A stretch of 38,969 bases of DNA from Malacoraja senta (taxonomy: Eukaryota). A program made the position numbers and the translations under genes. The notes below the pieces were generated by a model. The model saw nothing but the letters and a program-made list of their open reading frames with translations, searched no databases and was not told the DNA's origin. This document shows positions 22,951 to 35,200 of this stretch, piece by piece. The number at the start of each line of letters is the position of its first letter. Within the stretch, counting starts at the first letter, position 1. The stretch covers positions 1 through 38,969 of the forward strand of contig JAXLNO010000426.1 in NCBI GenBank assembly GCA_038087875.1, written 5' to 3'.

Positions 22951-24162
22951 ACTAAACTAAGTGGGACCCGTGGCTCCCAGCATCACACGGGAGAGCTGGT
23001 CCCCCAACGCAATATTCCACCTCTCCACCAATTCCAATATTGGTGGCTAGTGGGGGGGGGGGCTTTCTGGAGCACTAGTATGGGTGTTGTGGGCTGAAGG
23101 GACTGGTTTCCAGAGGGCTAGTATGGACATTGTGGGCCGAATGGATTCTTGGGCTGGCAGCTCAGTCACTCAAGCCTGTTGTGCTGGCAGCTCACTCACG
23201 GCTGGTGGACTGGCAGTTGACTCACGGATATTCCTTGAAATTCCATTTCAAGCAGGGTGCAAGGCCACCAAATTCAAGTGCAGTTTCTTACCACTTCAAG
23301 CAGGTTGCAAGGCCACCAAATTCAAGTGCAGTTTCTTGAGCTGCTGAGGACTTTTCCACCCGATGCGGGTGGGGCCTATAATCATCGGGCTGCCGTTGCG
23401 GCGACTGGCTGCAGTGGCCTCAAACTGGCCCCGACCTCGGGTGGACTAGGAGGAGGAGGAGGAGGACTGGACATTTTGGTGCCTTCCCTCACAGTGGAGA
23501 GTGTAGATTCTACTGTGGAGGGATGTTCGTGTTGAATTTCTTATAGTGTGTAGTGTCATTTTTTTCTACCTCTTTTTATTATTTGAATGGATAGTCTTCC
23601 CTACAGCATTTCATATGTAATTTTTGCGCCTCATGTGAGCTGTTATGTTATGTTCTGTTATCTGTTTATGATGTCTTGTTTATTCTTCTGTACAGCACTT
23701 TGGCCAACATTGGTTATTTTAAAGTGCTTAACAAATAAAGTTGGATTGGATTGGATTACCACTTCAAGCAGGGTGCAAGGCCACCAAATTCAAGTGCAGT
23801 TTCATACCATTTCAAGCAGGGTGCAAGGCCACTAAAGACAGCGAGTCGTGACCTCTCCCTCCTCCATCTTGCAGAGACTGAGCCTCGCCCACACTTCTGG
23901 GTTTTATAGTCCCTCGCCCCTCCCACCAGAAGGGGCGTGGCCTTCATAGCATGATTGGCAGGAGAGAGACACTCAACATTTTTTAAACACTAATAATTCT
24001 TTTATTTTTCATCGATGGGAAAAAATCCTCTTGTCCTGCACAGTGGAGGGGGACTCTGAGTAAGATGGCCAAAAATCACAGCCGTAAGTCACAGCGTTTT
24101 TTCTAAAATCAATATACAGAACAACAGGAAGTGGTCAAGATCAGACTTTTAGTAATATAGAT
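22951..24162 (+). mobile_element. Probable non-autonomous Helentron/HINE-like element with a 48-bp minisatellite
   Basis: Starts ACTAAACTAAGTGGGACCCG, ends TTTTAGTAATATAGAT; no TIR or TSD; splits CR1 sequence; 48-bp units start at 23243, 23291, 23759 and 23807. Confidence 0.55.
23338..23757 (+). mobile_element. Short retroposon with an L2-like tail
   Basis: Ends AAAGTGCTTAACAAATAAAGTT(GGATT)3; splits a minisatellite unit at TTTCTT|ACCAC. Confidence 0.7.
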
Positions 24163-24839
24163 ATGTAATCATGAGGGAAATTGATTGGGTTAATGCACGT
24201 CGTTTACCCAGGGTAGGGGAATCAAAAACCGGAGGAGATAGGTTTACAGTGATATGGAGAAAGAATGAATGGGAACTTGAGGGGCAACGTTTTCACTCAG
24301 ATGGTGATGACTATGTGGAATGAACTACTGGAATTAGATGAGTAGTTAATGCAGGTACTATACTGACATTTGAAAGACACTTGGAGAGATACATGGATAG
24401 GAAAGCTTTGGAGGGACATGGGCTAAATGTGGACAAAGTGTCCAGCTTAGATGGTACAGGGGCAATGTGTAAAGCAGGTGTGTGGAGAACGGTTGAGAGT
24501 TGATGGGGCTTAGGATTTTAGAGTGGGCAATGGGATTGCTGGGAAGATAAAATATAAAGGACATACATTGAATGAGTCATGGTTTGAGAATATGCTTGGA
24601 TAAATGTGCCTGATGGAAGGAGAAGTGACAGGAGATTGGGAAATGTTGCTATCCCATTCATGATTAACTCATGTGGTACAGAATGAAGTTCATGATTGGA
24701 AATAGGAAGTCAACTCTCGTGAATGATGTGATTTGACATGAAAGTCGTATTCATGTTCGATTTCCAAAATGCATATATGGAATAGAACTTAGACTTGTTT
24801 CAAGAGGCTGGTTATGGCACAGAGTAACTCCAAAACGAA

Positions 24840-25130
24840 GCATCTTTGATCACCTACTGCCACAACAGGTCCACAGGCTGATGCCATCTCCCTGATCCCA
24901 TGCTCATCCCTGGATAAGAAGGCCCCCTAAGTCAGATCCCGGTCTCTCTCTCTTCTCCCCTCTCCAACCAGGCAGGAGATACAGAAGTTAGAAAACACAT
25001 ACCTCCAGATACAGACAGTTTTCGTCCCAGCTGTTATCAGGTAACTGAATGTTTTTGACTGTATAACACACAGACAAAAGCTTTTCACTGTATCTCGGTA
25101 CACGTGACAATAACAAACAATCAAGTAAAT
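24840..25130 (+). mobile_element. Rex1/Babar fragments
   Basis: HNRST.DAISL-like segment, then a 3' end with TTTTCACTGTATCTCGGTACACGTGACAATAA. Confidence 0.65.
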
Positions 25131-25174
25131 GCAATGCATTTTGGGAAGTTAGAGCAGTTCAAGACAGAAACTAA

Positions 25175-25861
25175 ATGGCCTGTCCCACTTGGGCCGTCAC
25201 TTAAGCGACTGGCCGCTAGTGACTGACGCGCGACGGTCCCGCGAGAGTCGCGTGCGTGATCATGCGTACGCACAGCCGTCTGGAGCGCGTGACATCATTT
25301 GAAGATAGACACAAAATGCAGGAGTAACTCAGCGGGACCGGCAGCATCTCTGAAGAGAAGGAATGGATGATGTTTCGGGTCGAGACTCTTCTTCAGTCTG
25401 AAAGAAGGGTCTTGACCCGAAACGTTACCCATTGCTTCTCTCCAGAGATGCTGCCGGTCCCGCTGAGTTACTCCTGCATTTTGTGTCTATCTCCAATTGT
25501 CTTGGTCCCACTCTGGGAGTAGGAGTGGGGGCAGATCCGGATCTGCAACGGCCGTGAGCCCCAGGCCGAGTTCGACGATCGCTTGCCTGCTTCTGCTGCT
25601 GTTGGAGGTGAAACGTTGCACCGTGCCAGGGTCTTGGGCCTGTCCCACTTTGGCCATCAGTTACACGACAGGCCGGTGGCGCGCGAAGAATTCGTTCAGG
25701 ACGAAGTCCACACTCCTCCACGCCAATCTACACTCCTCCACACCACTCCATGCGCCCATCCCGCGCTACCCACGTGCTACCCACGAGCTACCCACGCGCT
25801 ACCCACACGCTAGCAGGTCGCGTAAATGGCGCGCAAAAGACAGCCAAGTGGGACAGGCCCT
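25175..25861. mobile_element. PIF/Harbinger-type MITE carrying a Penelope-repeat palindrome
   Basis: TIRs ATGGCCTGTCCCACTTGG / CCAAGTGGGACAGGCCCT, TAA on both sides; third TIR copy at ~25636; palindrome at ~25303-25492. Confidence 0.85.
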
Positions 25862-25904
25862 TAAGGATTCGAGGTAGTGGAGAACAGAGAGCCTCGTCAT
25901 TGTA

Positions 25905-26048
25905 GGTAGACAAAAATGTTGGAGAAACTCAGCGGGTGAGGCACCATCTATGGAGCGAAGGAAATAGGCAACGTTTCGGGTCGAAACCCTTCTTCAGACT
26001 CAGCGAAGGAAATAGGCAACGTTTCGGGTCGAAACCCTTCTCCAGTCT
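25905..26048 (-). mobile_element. Penelope terminal repeat with a tandemly duplicated hammerhead motif
   Basis: 48-nt unit AGCGAAGGAAATAGGCAACGTTTCGGGTCGAAACCCTTCT(T/C)CAG occurs twice (25954, 26002). Confidence 0.8.
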
Positions 26049-26445
26049 GTATAATAATGCTGTTTCTCAGACATACAGGCAGTGGAGATTTGGAGAGACA
26101 ATCTCTTCAACCAAGAAAGTGGGGGCAAGAGGGAGACAAACCTGTGCTACAAAGATGTAAGTGATGAGCTAATAAATGAAAGGAGCTGAGGTCCTGTATA
26201 TGTCTATACGTCAATGTGACAATATTGCGCACAACAATGCATATGCACATATATACTGCTTCTTGCAGTCTGCTCATGACTCCACTAGTTCCTGCATCAC
26301 CTACAGCATACCTCTTTCTCAATACCTTGCAATCTCCCACAATTACCGTGCTTCCCTATTGTCATATTCATATAATCTGTCCTTCTAAGTGTTTGGTCCA
26401 TGAATAGGGTTCTGATATTTGCCACTGCTGGCTTCCACCTCCTGC

Positions 26446-26448
<3 letters not shown>

Positions 26449-26481
<33 letters not shown>

Positions 26482-26488
26482 GGGGGGG
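26449..26488. repeat. (GT)n microsatellite followed by a G run
   Basis: Direct reading. Confidence 0.95.
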
Positions 26489-27684
26489 CTCTGTGACTAA
26501 AACAGTATCACAATAATTTTTTGAGATTATCAGTGAGAGGCAAAGTCAAGTTTGTGAACATTGGTGCTCCCTGGCTGCTACTGCTCTTCTGCTAAGAGGT
26601 GATGGTATAATATTTGCAAGGACAGGGAGCCAAACTCTCGGCTTCACTTCTGCTGTGAAGATTCATGGTGGCATATCATATAAACATTTCCAATACTTAC
26701 TCAAGTGTCATGGATTCACTTTGAAATCTGGCATCTTATGAAATGACAAAATGAAAACTGTACATTCAAAATATGTCTCAATTATAATAAATGCTAGAAG
26801 TCAAAGTAATAATAGGCCATTCAGCCCTTGTATATGTTCATGCTTTCAAATAAGTCATTTTTTTGTTTTGAAGAACCATAGCCCTCTTGAGTAGAAGTTT
26901 CCAAAGATTCACCAGCCTCTTTTTTTTAAGTCCCCAGGTTCCAGGCACCTCAGCCAGGGGAGATATCAGAATAAAGTATGTATTAGTGTTTTTAAGAGAA
27001 AATAAGGTTATTGGAGAGTCAGATCAGTCCAAAATCAGAGCAGTAAATAACCACATGACGGTCTTAATAACCTGCATCAATGTGCATTTTGCAGTGAATT
27101 ACTTGTATAATCATTTTAGAATAAAATTCAGGGTTGCTGGTTTATAAAATGCATTTACCTCTCAGCGTTCCTGCCTTTCATGATAACTCGTCATGGAAAT
27201 GTCAAGGTCGCAAATCTTTGATGCATTCTTTAAATGTTCATTGAAGTTAGGAGAAGTCAGGAATTCCAAAGGGCGTACGAGGCGGAGGTATGAATTAATA
27301 AAGAAAAATCCAGCTAAAACAAAACCACACGGCAGACCACTACTTCCCAATAAAGGAAGATTGCGGAGAAACATGACAGAACAGCCAAGCAGGCACCAGC
27401 AAATGAATTAATTAATGGAGAACTGCCACCAATTAATCAATAAATCCATGGAGTAGAAGACATCAACTAATTAATAAATTAATGCCATAATAGGCATACC
27501 GATGAATTATTAGAGCAACAGACAATCCAATTAATCAGTAAAATAATTGATCAATGGACGCCAGTGAATTAATATAGCAGTTGGAAAACAAAAGCATACA
27601 ATCATATCAATGAATCAATACAGTAATGGAGTGGTGAGCAGTTTTGAATTCATAAGTTAATAGAGAAGTAAACATCAATGGAGT

Positions 27685-28380
27685 CATTGTGGCCTACGGC
27701 AGAGAAACAGGCCCTTTGGCCAAAATTGCCCATGCCAGTCAAGAAGCCCCATCTACACTAGTACAACCTGTCTATGTTTGGCCCTTATCCTTCTGAACCT
27801 TTTTTATCCATGTACCTGTCCAAATGCCTTTTAAAAGTTGTACCAGCCTCGACTGGCAGCTCGTTCCATATACCCACCACTCTGTGTGAAAAAGTTGCCC
27901 CTCAGGTTCCTATTAAATGTTTCCCCTCTCACCATAAACCATGTCATTTGGTTACGTATGGTATAAGACTGTGTATTCAACCTAAAAATTACCTTCATGA
28001 TCTCACACACATCTAGAAGATCATCCCTCATCTTCCTATGTTCCAAGCAATGTAGTCCTAGTCTACCCAACCTCTCCTTACAGGCTCAACACCTCTAATC
28101 CTGGCTGCATCCTGGTAAATCTTATTGTACTCTTTCCAGCTTAACAACACCCTTCCTATATCAGGGTGACCAAACTGAACACAATGCCCTAAATGCATCC
28201 TCAACGTGTTGTACAACTGTAACCTAACATGCCAAATTCTATATTCAATACCCTGACTGATGAAGGCCAATGTTCCGAATGCCTCTTGACCACCCTATCT
28301 ATCTGTGATGCCACTTTCAAGGAACTATGTACCTGCACTCCTGGATCTCTCTGCTCCACTACACTCCCCTGGGCGCTGCC
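27685..28380 (-). mobile_element. Decayed CR1 3' portion (continues at ~33700-33800)
   Basis: ORFs give QRDPGVQVHSSLKVASQIDRVVK, AFISQGIEYR and NLRGNFFTQ. Confidence 0.85.
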
Positions 28381-28617
28381 AATCCCGGTGCCAATCCCTG
28401 TGCTCCCCGGGCCCTCATTCATGTCTCCTCGGTACCCCGCAGTTCCGCCCTTGCATCCCCCCCCCCAGTCGCAACAGAGACAGAGTCCCCCGTCCTTATC
28501 TTCCACCTCGTCAGCCATCGCATGCAACACATAATCCTCTGAAATTTCTGCCACCTCCAAAGGGATCCCACCACTAGCCACATTTTCCCATCTCCGCCCC
28601 TTTCCACCTTCCGCAGA

Positions 28618-31600
28618 TGTGGATAGAATTGAGGAATTGTAAAGGTAAATGGGAATTATCTACAGGCCCCCAAACGATAGCCTGGATATAGGGTGCAAGT
28701 TGCAGCAGGAGTTAAAATTGGCATGTAACAAAGGTAATGCCACTGTGGTTATGGGAGATTTCAATATACAGGTAGACTGGGAAAATCAGGTTGGTTCTGG
28801 ACCCCAAGAAAGGGAGTTTGTAGAGTGCCTCCGAGATGGACTCTTAGAGCAGCTTGTACTGGAGCCTACCAGAGACAAGGCAATTCTGGATTTAGTGTTG
28901 TCTAATGAACCAGATTTAATAAGGGAACTCAAGGTAAATGACTGCTAGGAGGTAGGGACCATAATATGATAATTTGTAATATGCAATTTGAGAGGGAGAA
29001 TGTTAAATCAGAAGAGTCAGTGTTCTAGTTGAACAAATGGGACGATGAAGGCATGAGAGAGGAGCTGGCCAAGGTTGAGTGGAAAAGGATCCGAGCAGGA
29101 ATGATGGTGGAACAGCAATGGCAGGAATTTCTGGGCATAATCCAGAAGATGCAGGATCATTTCATTCCAAAGAAGAAGAAAGATTCTCAGGGGAGTAACA
29201 GGCAACTGTGGCTGACAAGGGAAGTTAGGGATGGAATAAAGCTAAAAGAAAAGATGTATAACATAGCAAAGAGTAGCGGGAAGCTAGAGGATTGGAAAAC
29301 TTTCAAAGGACAACAGAAGGTAACAAAAAGGGCAATACGGGGTGAAAAGATGAAGTACGAGGGTAAGCTGGCCAAGAATATAAAGGATAGTAAAAGCTTC
29401 TTTAGGTATGTTAAAAGAAAAAGATTTGTAAAGACAAATGTGGGACACTTGAAGACAGAAACAGGTGAAATTATTATGGGGAACAACGAAATGGCAGAAG
29501 TGTTGAACAGGTACATTGGTTCTGTCTTCACTGAGGAAGACATAAACAATCTCCCAGATGTATTAGAGGACAGAGGATCTAGGGAGACAGAGGACCTGAC
29601 AGAAATTTGCATTAGGCGAGAAATAGTATTTGGTAGACTGATGGGACTGAAGGCTGATAAATCCCCAGGGCCTGATGGTCTGCATCCCAGGGTACTCAAG
29701 GAGGTGGCTCTAGACATGTGGACACATTGGTGATAATTTTCTAATGTTTTCTAATTTTCTAATGTTTTCTTATTTTCAGGATCAGTTCCTGTAGATTGGA
29801 GGGTAGCTAATGTTATCCCACTTTTCAAGATAGGAGCAAGTGAGGAAACAGGGAATTATAGACCAGTTAGCCTGACATCGGTGGTGGGGAAGATGCTGGA
29901 GTCAATTATTAAAGAAGTAATAGCAGCGCATTTGGATAGCAGGAAAAGGATTGATCCAAGTCAGCATGGATTTAAGAAGGGGAAATACTGCTTGACTAAT
30001 CTTCTGGAATTTTTTGAGGATGTGACAAGTAAAATGGATGAAGTAGAGCCAGTGGATGTAGTGTATCTGGACTTTCAGAAAGCCTTTGATAAGGTCCCAC
30101 ACAGGAGATTAGTGGGCAAAATTAGAGCACATGGTATTAGGGGTAGGGTATTGACAAGGATAGAGAATTGGTTGATAGACAGGAAACAAATGGAAGGAAT
30201 AAACTGATCCCTGTCAGAATGGCAGGCAGTGGTGAGTGGAGTGCCGCAAGGCTTTCTATGCATGATTCGAGATGGGCAACATCACCCATAGATCACCGGC
30301 TAACAACAACACCGCCAGCGTGCTGGCTAGCGAGGCTGGAGGGAGGTTCTCCGCTGGGGATGTGCACACATTCTCGTTGTCCGAGCAAGACGTGAGGAGG
30401 GCTCTGACACGTGTGAACACGAGGAAAGCTGTAGGCCCAGATGGTATATCTGGGCGAGTACTTAAGTCTTGTGCTACTCAGCTAGCTCCAGTGCTCACCA
30501 CAATATTCAACCTCTCCCTGGCCAAGTCCGTAGTCCCTGCCTACTTCAAAAGATCCATCATTGTACCTGTACCAAAGAATGCCTCTCCAGCTTGTTTGAA
30601 TGACTACCGACCGGTGGCCCTCACCTCGGTAGTCATGAAATGCTTCGAGAGGCTGATCAAGAACCACATCTGCACCTTCCTCCCTCGCAACATGGACCCG
30701 CTACAGTTCGCATACTGTCTGAACAGATCCACAGACGATGCGGTCTCCCAGGTTCTGCACACCGCTCTCTCTCACCTTGACAGCCAGAAGGGGGGCCATG
30801 TGCGGATGCTGTTCATTGACTTCAGTTCAGCCTTCAACACGATAGTCCCCACCAGACTTGCTGAGAAGCTGCTGGAATTGGGGCTCAACACCCCCCTGTG
30901 TGCCTGGGTCCTGGACTTTCTCACCGCCAGGCCCCAGGTGGTCAAGATGGGAAGACATACATCGACATCCTCACCCTGAACACAGGATCCCCCCAGGGTT
31001 GCGTCCTCAGACCCCTATTGTACTCCCTATACACACATGACTGTGTGGCCAGGTTCAGCTCCAACTCCATAATCAAGTTTGCTGATGACATTGTGGTGGT
31101 GGGCCTGAACTTCAATAACAATGAGAAGGCCTACCAGGAGGAGGTGGCTGATCTGGCACTCTGGTGTCAGGACAACAGCCTCCTCTTGAATGTCATAAAA
31201 ACTAAAGAGCTGATTGTGGACTTTAGAAGGGCACAACATCCGAGGACGTACACACCACTGGAGATAAATGGGGACACTGTGGATAGGGTGAGCTGCTTTA
31301 AATACCTGGGAGTCCACATCACAGAGGATCTGACATGGACATCACACGCTGCTGCACTGGTGAGTAAGGCAAGGCAGCGCCGTTACCACCTCAGGCAGCT
31401 GAGGAAATTCAGAGTCTCTCTGAGGATCCTTCAGTGTTCCTACTCAGGGGCTGTAGAAAGCATCTTGTCCGGCAACATCACAATCTGGTTTGGGAACTGT
31501 TCTGCCCAGGACAAGAAGGCTCTGCAGATAGTAGTGCATTCGGCCGAACGCACTATGGGAACTACACTCGCCCCCCTGCAGGAACTATACATCAGAAGGT

Positions 31601-32941
31601 GCAGTTCCAGAGCCAGCAACATTATGGGGGACCCCTACCACCCCAGCAATGGACTGTTCCAGCTGCTACGGTCAGGTAAACGCCTCCGCAGTCATGCTGT
31701 GAAAACAGAGAGGATGAGACGTATTTCTTCCCACAGGCCATTAGGACTGTAAACTCTTATCTCACCAGGGACTAATTTAGTGTACCAATTTACTGTTGTG
31801 TTGTGTCTTTTTTTAAATTGCTGGGGGTTATTTTCTAATATGTAAATACTGATTCTGTTCTATTCTGTTCTGTAGTTTTTTGCACAATCCGCAGGCATTG
31901 CCACTTTCATTTCACTACACATCTTGTATGTGTATGTGACAAATAAACTTGACTTGACTTGACTTGACTTGGGGCCCCAACTATTTACAATATATATTAA
32001 TGATTTAGATGATGGGATTAAAAGTAACACTAGCAAATTTGCAGATGACACAACGCTGGGTGGCAGTGTGAACTGCGAAGAGGATGCTAGGAGGTTGCAG
32101 GGTGACTTGGACAGGTTGAGTGAGTGGGCAGATGCATGGCAAATGCAGTATAATGTAGATAAATGTGAGTATCCACTTTGGTGGCAAGAACAAGGAGGCA
32201 GATTATTATCTCAATTGTGTCAGATTAGGAAAAATGGCAGTGCAACGAGACCTATACACCAGTCACTGAAAGTAAACATGCATGTGCAGCAGGCAGTGAA
32301 GAAAGCTAATGGAATATTGCCCTTCATAACAAGAGGATTTGAGTATAGGAGTAAAGAGGTCCTTCTGCAATTGTACAGGGCCCTGGTGAGACCACTTCTG
32401 GAGTATTGTGTGCAATTTTGGTTTCCTAATTTGAGGAAGGACATCCTTGCTATCGAGGCAGTTCACGAGGTTAATCCCCGAGATGGCGGGACTATCATAT
32501 GAGGAAAGATTGGAAAGACTGGGCTCTAGAAGGATGAGAGGGCATCTTATAGAAATGTATAAAATTATAAAAGGACTGGACAAGCTAGATGCAGGAAAAA
32601 TGTTCCCAATGTTGGGGGAGCCCAGAATCAGGGGCCACAGTCTAAGAATAAAGGGGAGGCCATATAAAACTGAGATGAGAAAAAACTTTTTCACCTAAAG
32701 AGTTGTGAATTTGTGGAATTCTCTGTCACAGAAGGCAGTAGAGGCCAATTCACCGGATGGATTTAAAAGAGAGTTACAGTAGATAGAGCTCTAGGGGCTA
32801 GTGGATCAAGGGATATGGGAAGAAGGCAGGCACAGGTTACTGATTGTGGATGATCAGCCATGATCTCAATGAATGGTGCTGCAGGCTCGAAGGTCCAAAT
32901 AGCCTTCTCCTGTTCCTATTTTCTATGTTCTTTGTTCTATT
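28618..32941 (+). mobile_element. CR1 LINE ORF2 copy, decayed and 5'-truncated, split by Rex1/Babar
   Basis: IYRPP, MGDFN, SPGPDGLHPR, DFQKAFDKV, GVPQG | GPQLF..YIND, KFADD; TTCTATG-like tail. Confidence 0.93.
30254..31970 (+). mobile_element. Rex1/Babar-type LINE, 5'-truncated RT
   Basis: GPDG, DYRPVAL, QFAY, FIDFSSAFNT, GSPQGCVL, KFADD, FKYLG; frameshift near 30970; (GACTT)n tail. Confidence 0.9.
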
Positions 32942-33879
32942 CCGTTCCCTCCGCAACTCCATAGTTAACTCATCCCTTCCAACCCAAACCACCCCCTCCC
33001 TAGGTATTTTCCCTTGCAACCACAGAAGATGCAACACCTGTCGCTATACCTCCTTCCTCGACTCTGTCCAGGAACCCTGACAGTCCTTTCAAGTTACGCA
33101 GTGGTTCACTTGCACGTCCTCCAACCTCATCTACTATATCCGTTGTTCAAGATGTGGACTTTTACACATCAGCGAGACCAAACGCAGACTGGGCGTTGTT
33201 TCGCGGAACACCTTCGCTCAGCCCGCCTGAACCAACCTAATCTCCCGGTTGCTGGACACTTTAATGCTCCTTCCCATTCCCACACAGACCTATCTGTCCT
33301 CGGTCTCCTCCATTGTCAGAGTGAGGTCAAACGCAAATTGGGGGAACAGCATCTCATATTTTGCTTGGGCAGCTTACAGCCCAATGGTATGAATATTGAT
33401 TTATCTCACTTCAGGTAGCCCCGGCATTCCCTCTCTCTATCCCTCCCCCACCCAAGTCGCACTAGCTTCTCATTTTCATCCTACAAACAGCTTACTATGG
33501 CCTGTTTCTTTTATCATCGTTACTTTTTGCATATCTTTCATTCATTGTTCTTTATCTCTCCACATCACTGTATATATCTCTTGTTTCCCTTATCCCTAAC
33601 CAGTCTGAAGAAGGGGCTCGACCCGAAATGTCACCCATTCCTTCTCTCCAGAGATGCTACCTGTCCTGCTGAGTTACTTCAGCTTTTTGTGTAAATGCCT
33701 GTGAATTCTCAATATGCAACATCTTGCACTTATCTGCATTAAACGGCATTAACCATTTCCCAGTCCGCTTGCCCAACATCAAGATCCTGCTGTAATTAAA
33801 TTGGAAGTTGAATTACAGAATTGGAGAATCTCTCAGCAGAGAGGAAAAAAGTTTGCTCCCACATGGAGGGACGGTTCTT

Positions 33880-34490
33880 TGGAAAACTATAATCCCAACC
33901 TCCTAATTTTGCCTGAGAACCTTTCAAATTATTCACCTTCAGGTAAATGTCCTGATGCCTTTATATCATTAGTGTGGAATCTGAAACCGGCACTCTTCCA
34001 GATAATGGATCCCATATCTCACCTAATCTTTACGTGAACAATTTGTTATGATTCCTCCTATAGTTGATTTGGAAACAATATAACTCTATTAACTTGTGTT
34101 GTTATACAGACCCATCTGCCAGAGCTAACAGCTCCTCCCTCCTTATTATTTCAAATTGAATATCTCTATTATATATTCCCTTAGCACTCATCACTCTAAA
34201 AATAAAAAATGTTGCTTTATAATTCTCTCAAAGTATCCAAAGTTCCTCATCTCAGCAAAATCTTATTTTTAACAATCTTCATGTCCTTAACATCCTTCGA
34301 AGGTTTTGGCCACAAAACTGCCTAAACTACACCAATTATAAATTAACTGTCTTACAATGTTTTAGCATACAGTATTTCTCATATTTTGTATGCAGTGTCT
34401 CTCTTTATAAAACCAAGTATCCCATCCTGTTTCTCAAATGTGTTATTCTCTTGCACTGTGAAAGACTTGTTGATGTGCATTGCTTTGTCA
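33880..34490 (-). mobile_element. Very old CR1 3' portion
   Basis: Weak but colinear similarity to the reverse complement of CR1 3' ends in this window. Confidence 0.5.
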
Positions 34491-34946
34491 GTTCCTATCA
34501 TGACAGATAGTGATATTTATGTATGCCAGTCTAATCAACAAATTAATACAGCATTGGATAGACTATCATATCAATATGGCACACCAATAAATTAATTCTG
34601 CAGCAAGTGCCAATTAACTAATGAATTCATAGAGTGGTAGACACTGGCAAATTAATTAAGTTAATTAATGAGTCAATGGACTGCAGCAACAAATCAATGA
34701 AGGACAACCAACACTTCAATATGTTAATAGACCAATATTGAACAGTAATACCCCTTATCAACTACATTTTCTAGACAGTGGTTTAAAAAAGGTGGCTCAC
34801 CTTTACATTCTCAATGGCATTTTGGGTTGAGCAATAAGTGCTGGCCTCATCAACAATGCCCAAATCCTAAAAGATGAATAAATAAGAAATAAGCAGTTGC
34901 TTTTAACCTAAAGTTCAATTAAAACATAAAATGAATAGAGCAGCGC

Positions 34947-35200
34947 AGAGGGTAGACAGTGGCACGACAGTAGAGTTGCTGCCTTACAATGCCAGTGACC
35001 CAGGTTCGATGCTGTCTTTTCGGTGTTTGTATGGATTTTCTCCGGCTGCACTGGTTTCCTCACAAACTCCAAAGTCGGACAGATTTGTAGGTTAATTGGC
35101 TTTGGTAAAATTGTAAATTATCCCAACACAATTTTCCCTTGGACCTGGAGGTTTGAAGGGCCTGTTTCCACACAGTATCTCTAAAGTCTAGAAGTCTAAA
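34947..35200 (+). mobile_element. HE1-type V-SINE, internally deleted
   Basis: GTAGAGTTGCTGCCTTACAATGCCAGTGACCCAGGTTCGAT...GAAGGGCCTGTTTCC. Confidence 0.8.

Larger units (their letters stand above)
21225..24455 (+). mobile_element. Decayed CR1 ORF2, interrupted by a Penelope repeat (22558-22705) and a Helentron-type element
   Basis: ORFs 21378-21659 (DKSPGPEQIYPR), 21737-22042 (QHGF..GRSCL), 22142-22327 (ISKFADDTK); resumes at 24163. Confidence 0.88.
28415..33693 (+). mobile_element. Penelope-like element 3' part (linker + GIY-YIG + terminal repeat), split into 28415-28617 and 32942-33693
   Basis: ...HIFPSPPLSTFRR | RSLRNSIVNS...FPCNHRRCNTC...SSNLIYYIRCSRCG...FAEHLRS...HFN...LQPNGMN; terminal CTGAAGAAGGGGCTCGACCCGAAA. 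Confidence 0.88.

Noticed and set aside
23243..23833. 48-bp repeats as a CRISPR array
   Set aside because: Units are directly adjacent with no unique spacers, there are no cas genes, and the context is vertebrate.
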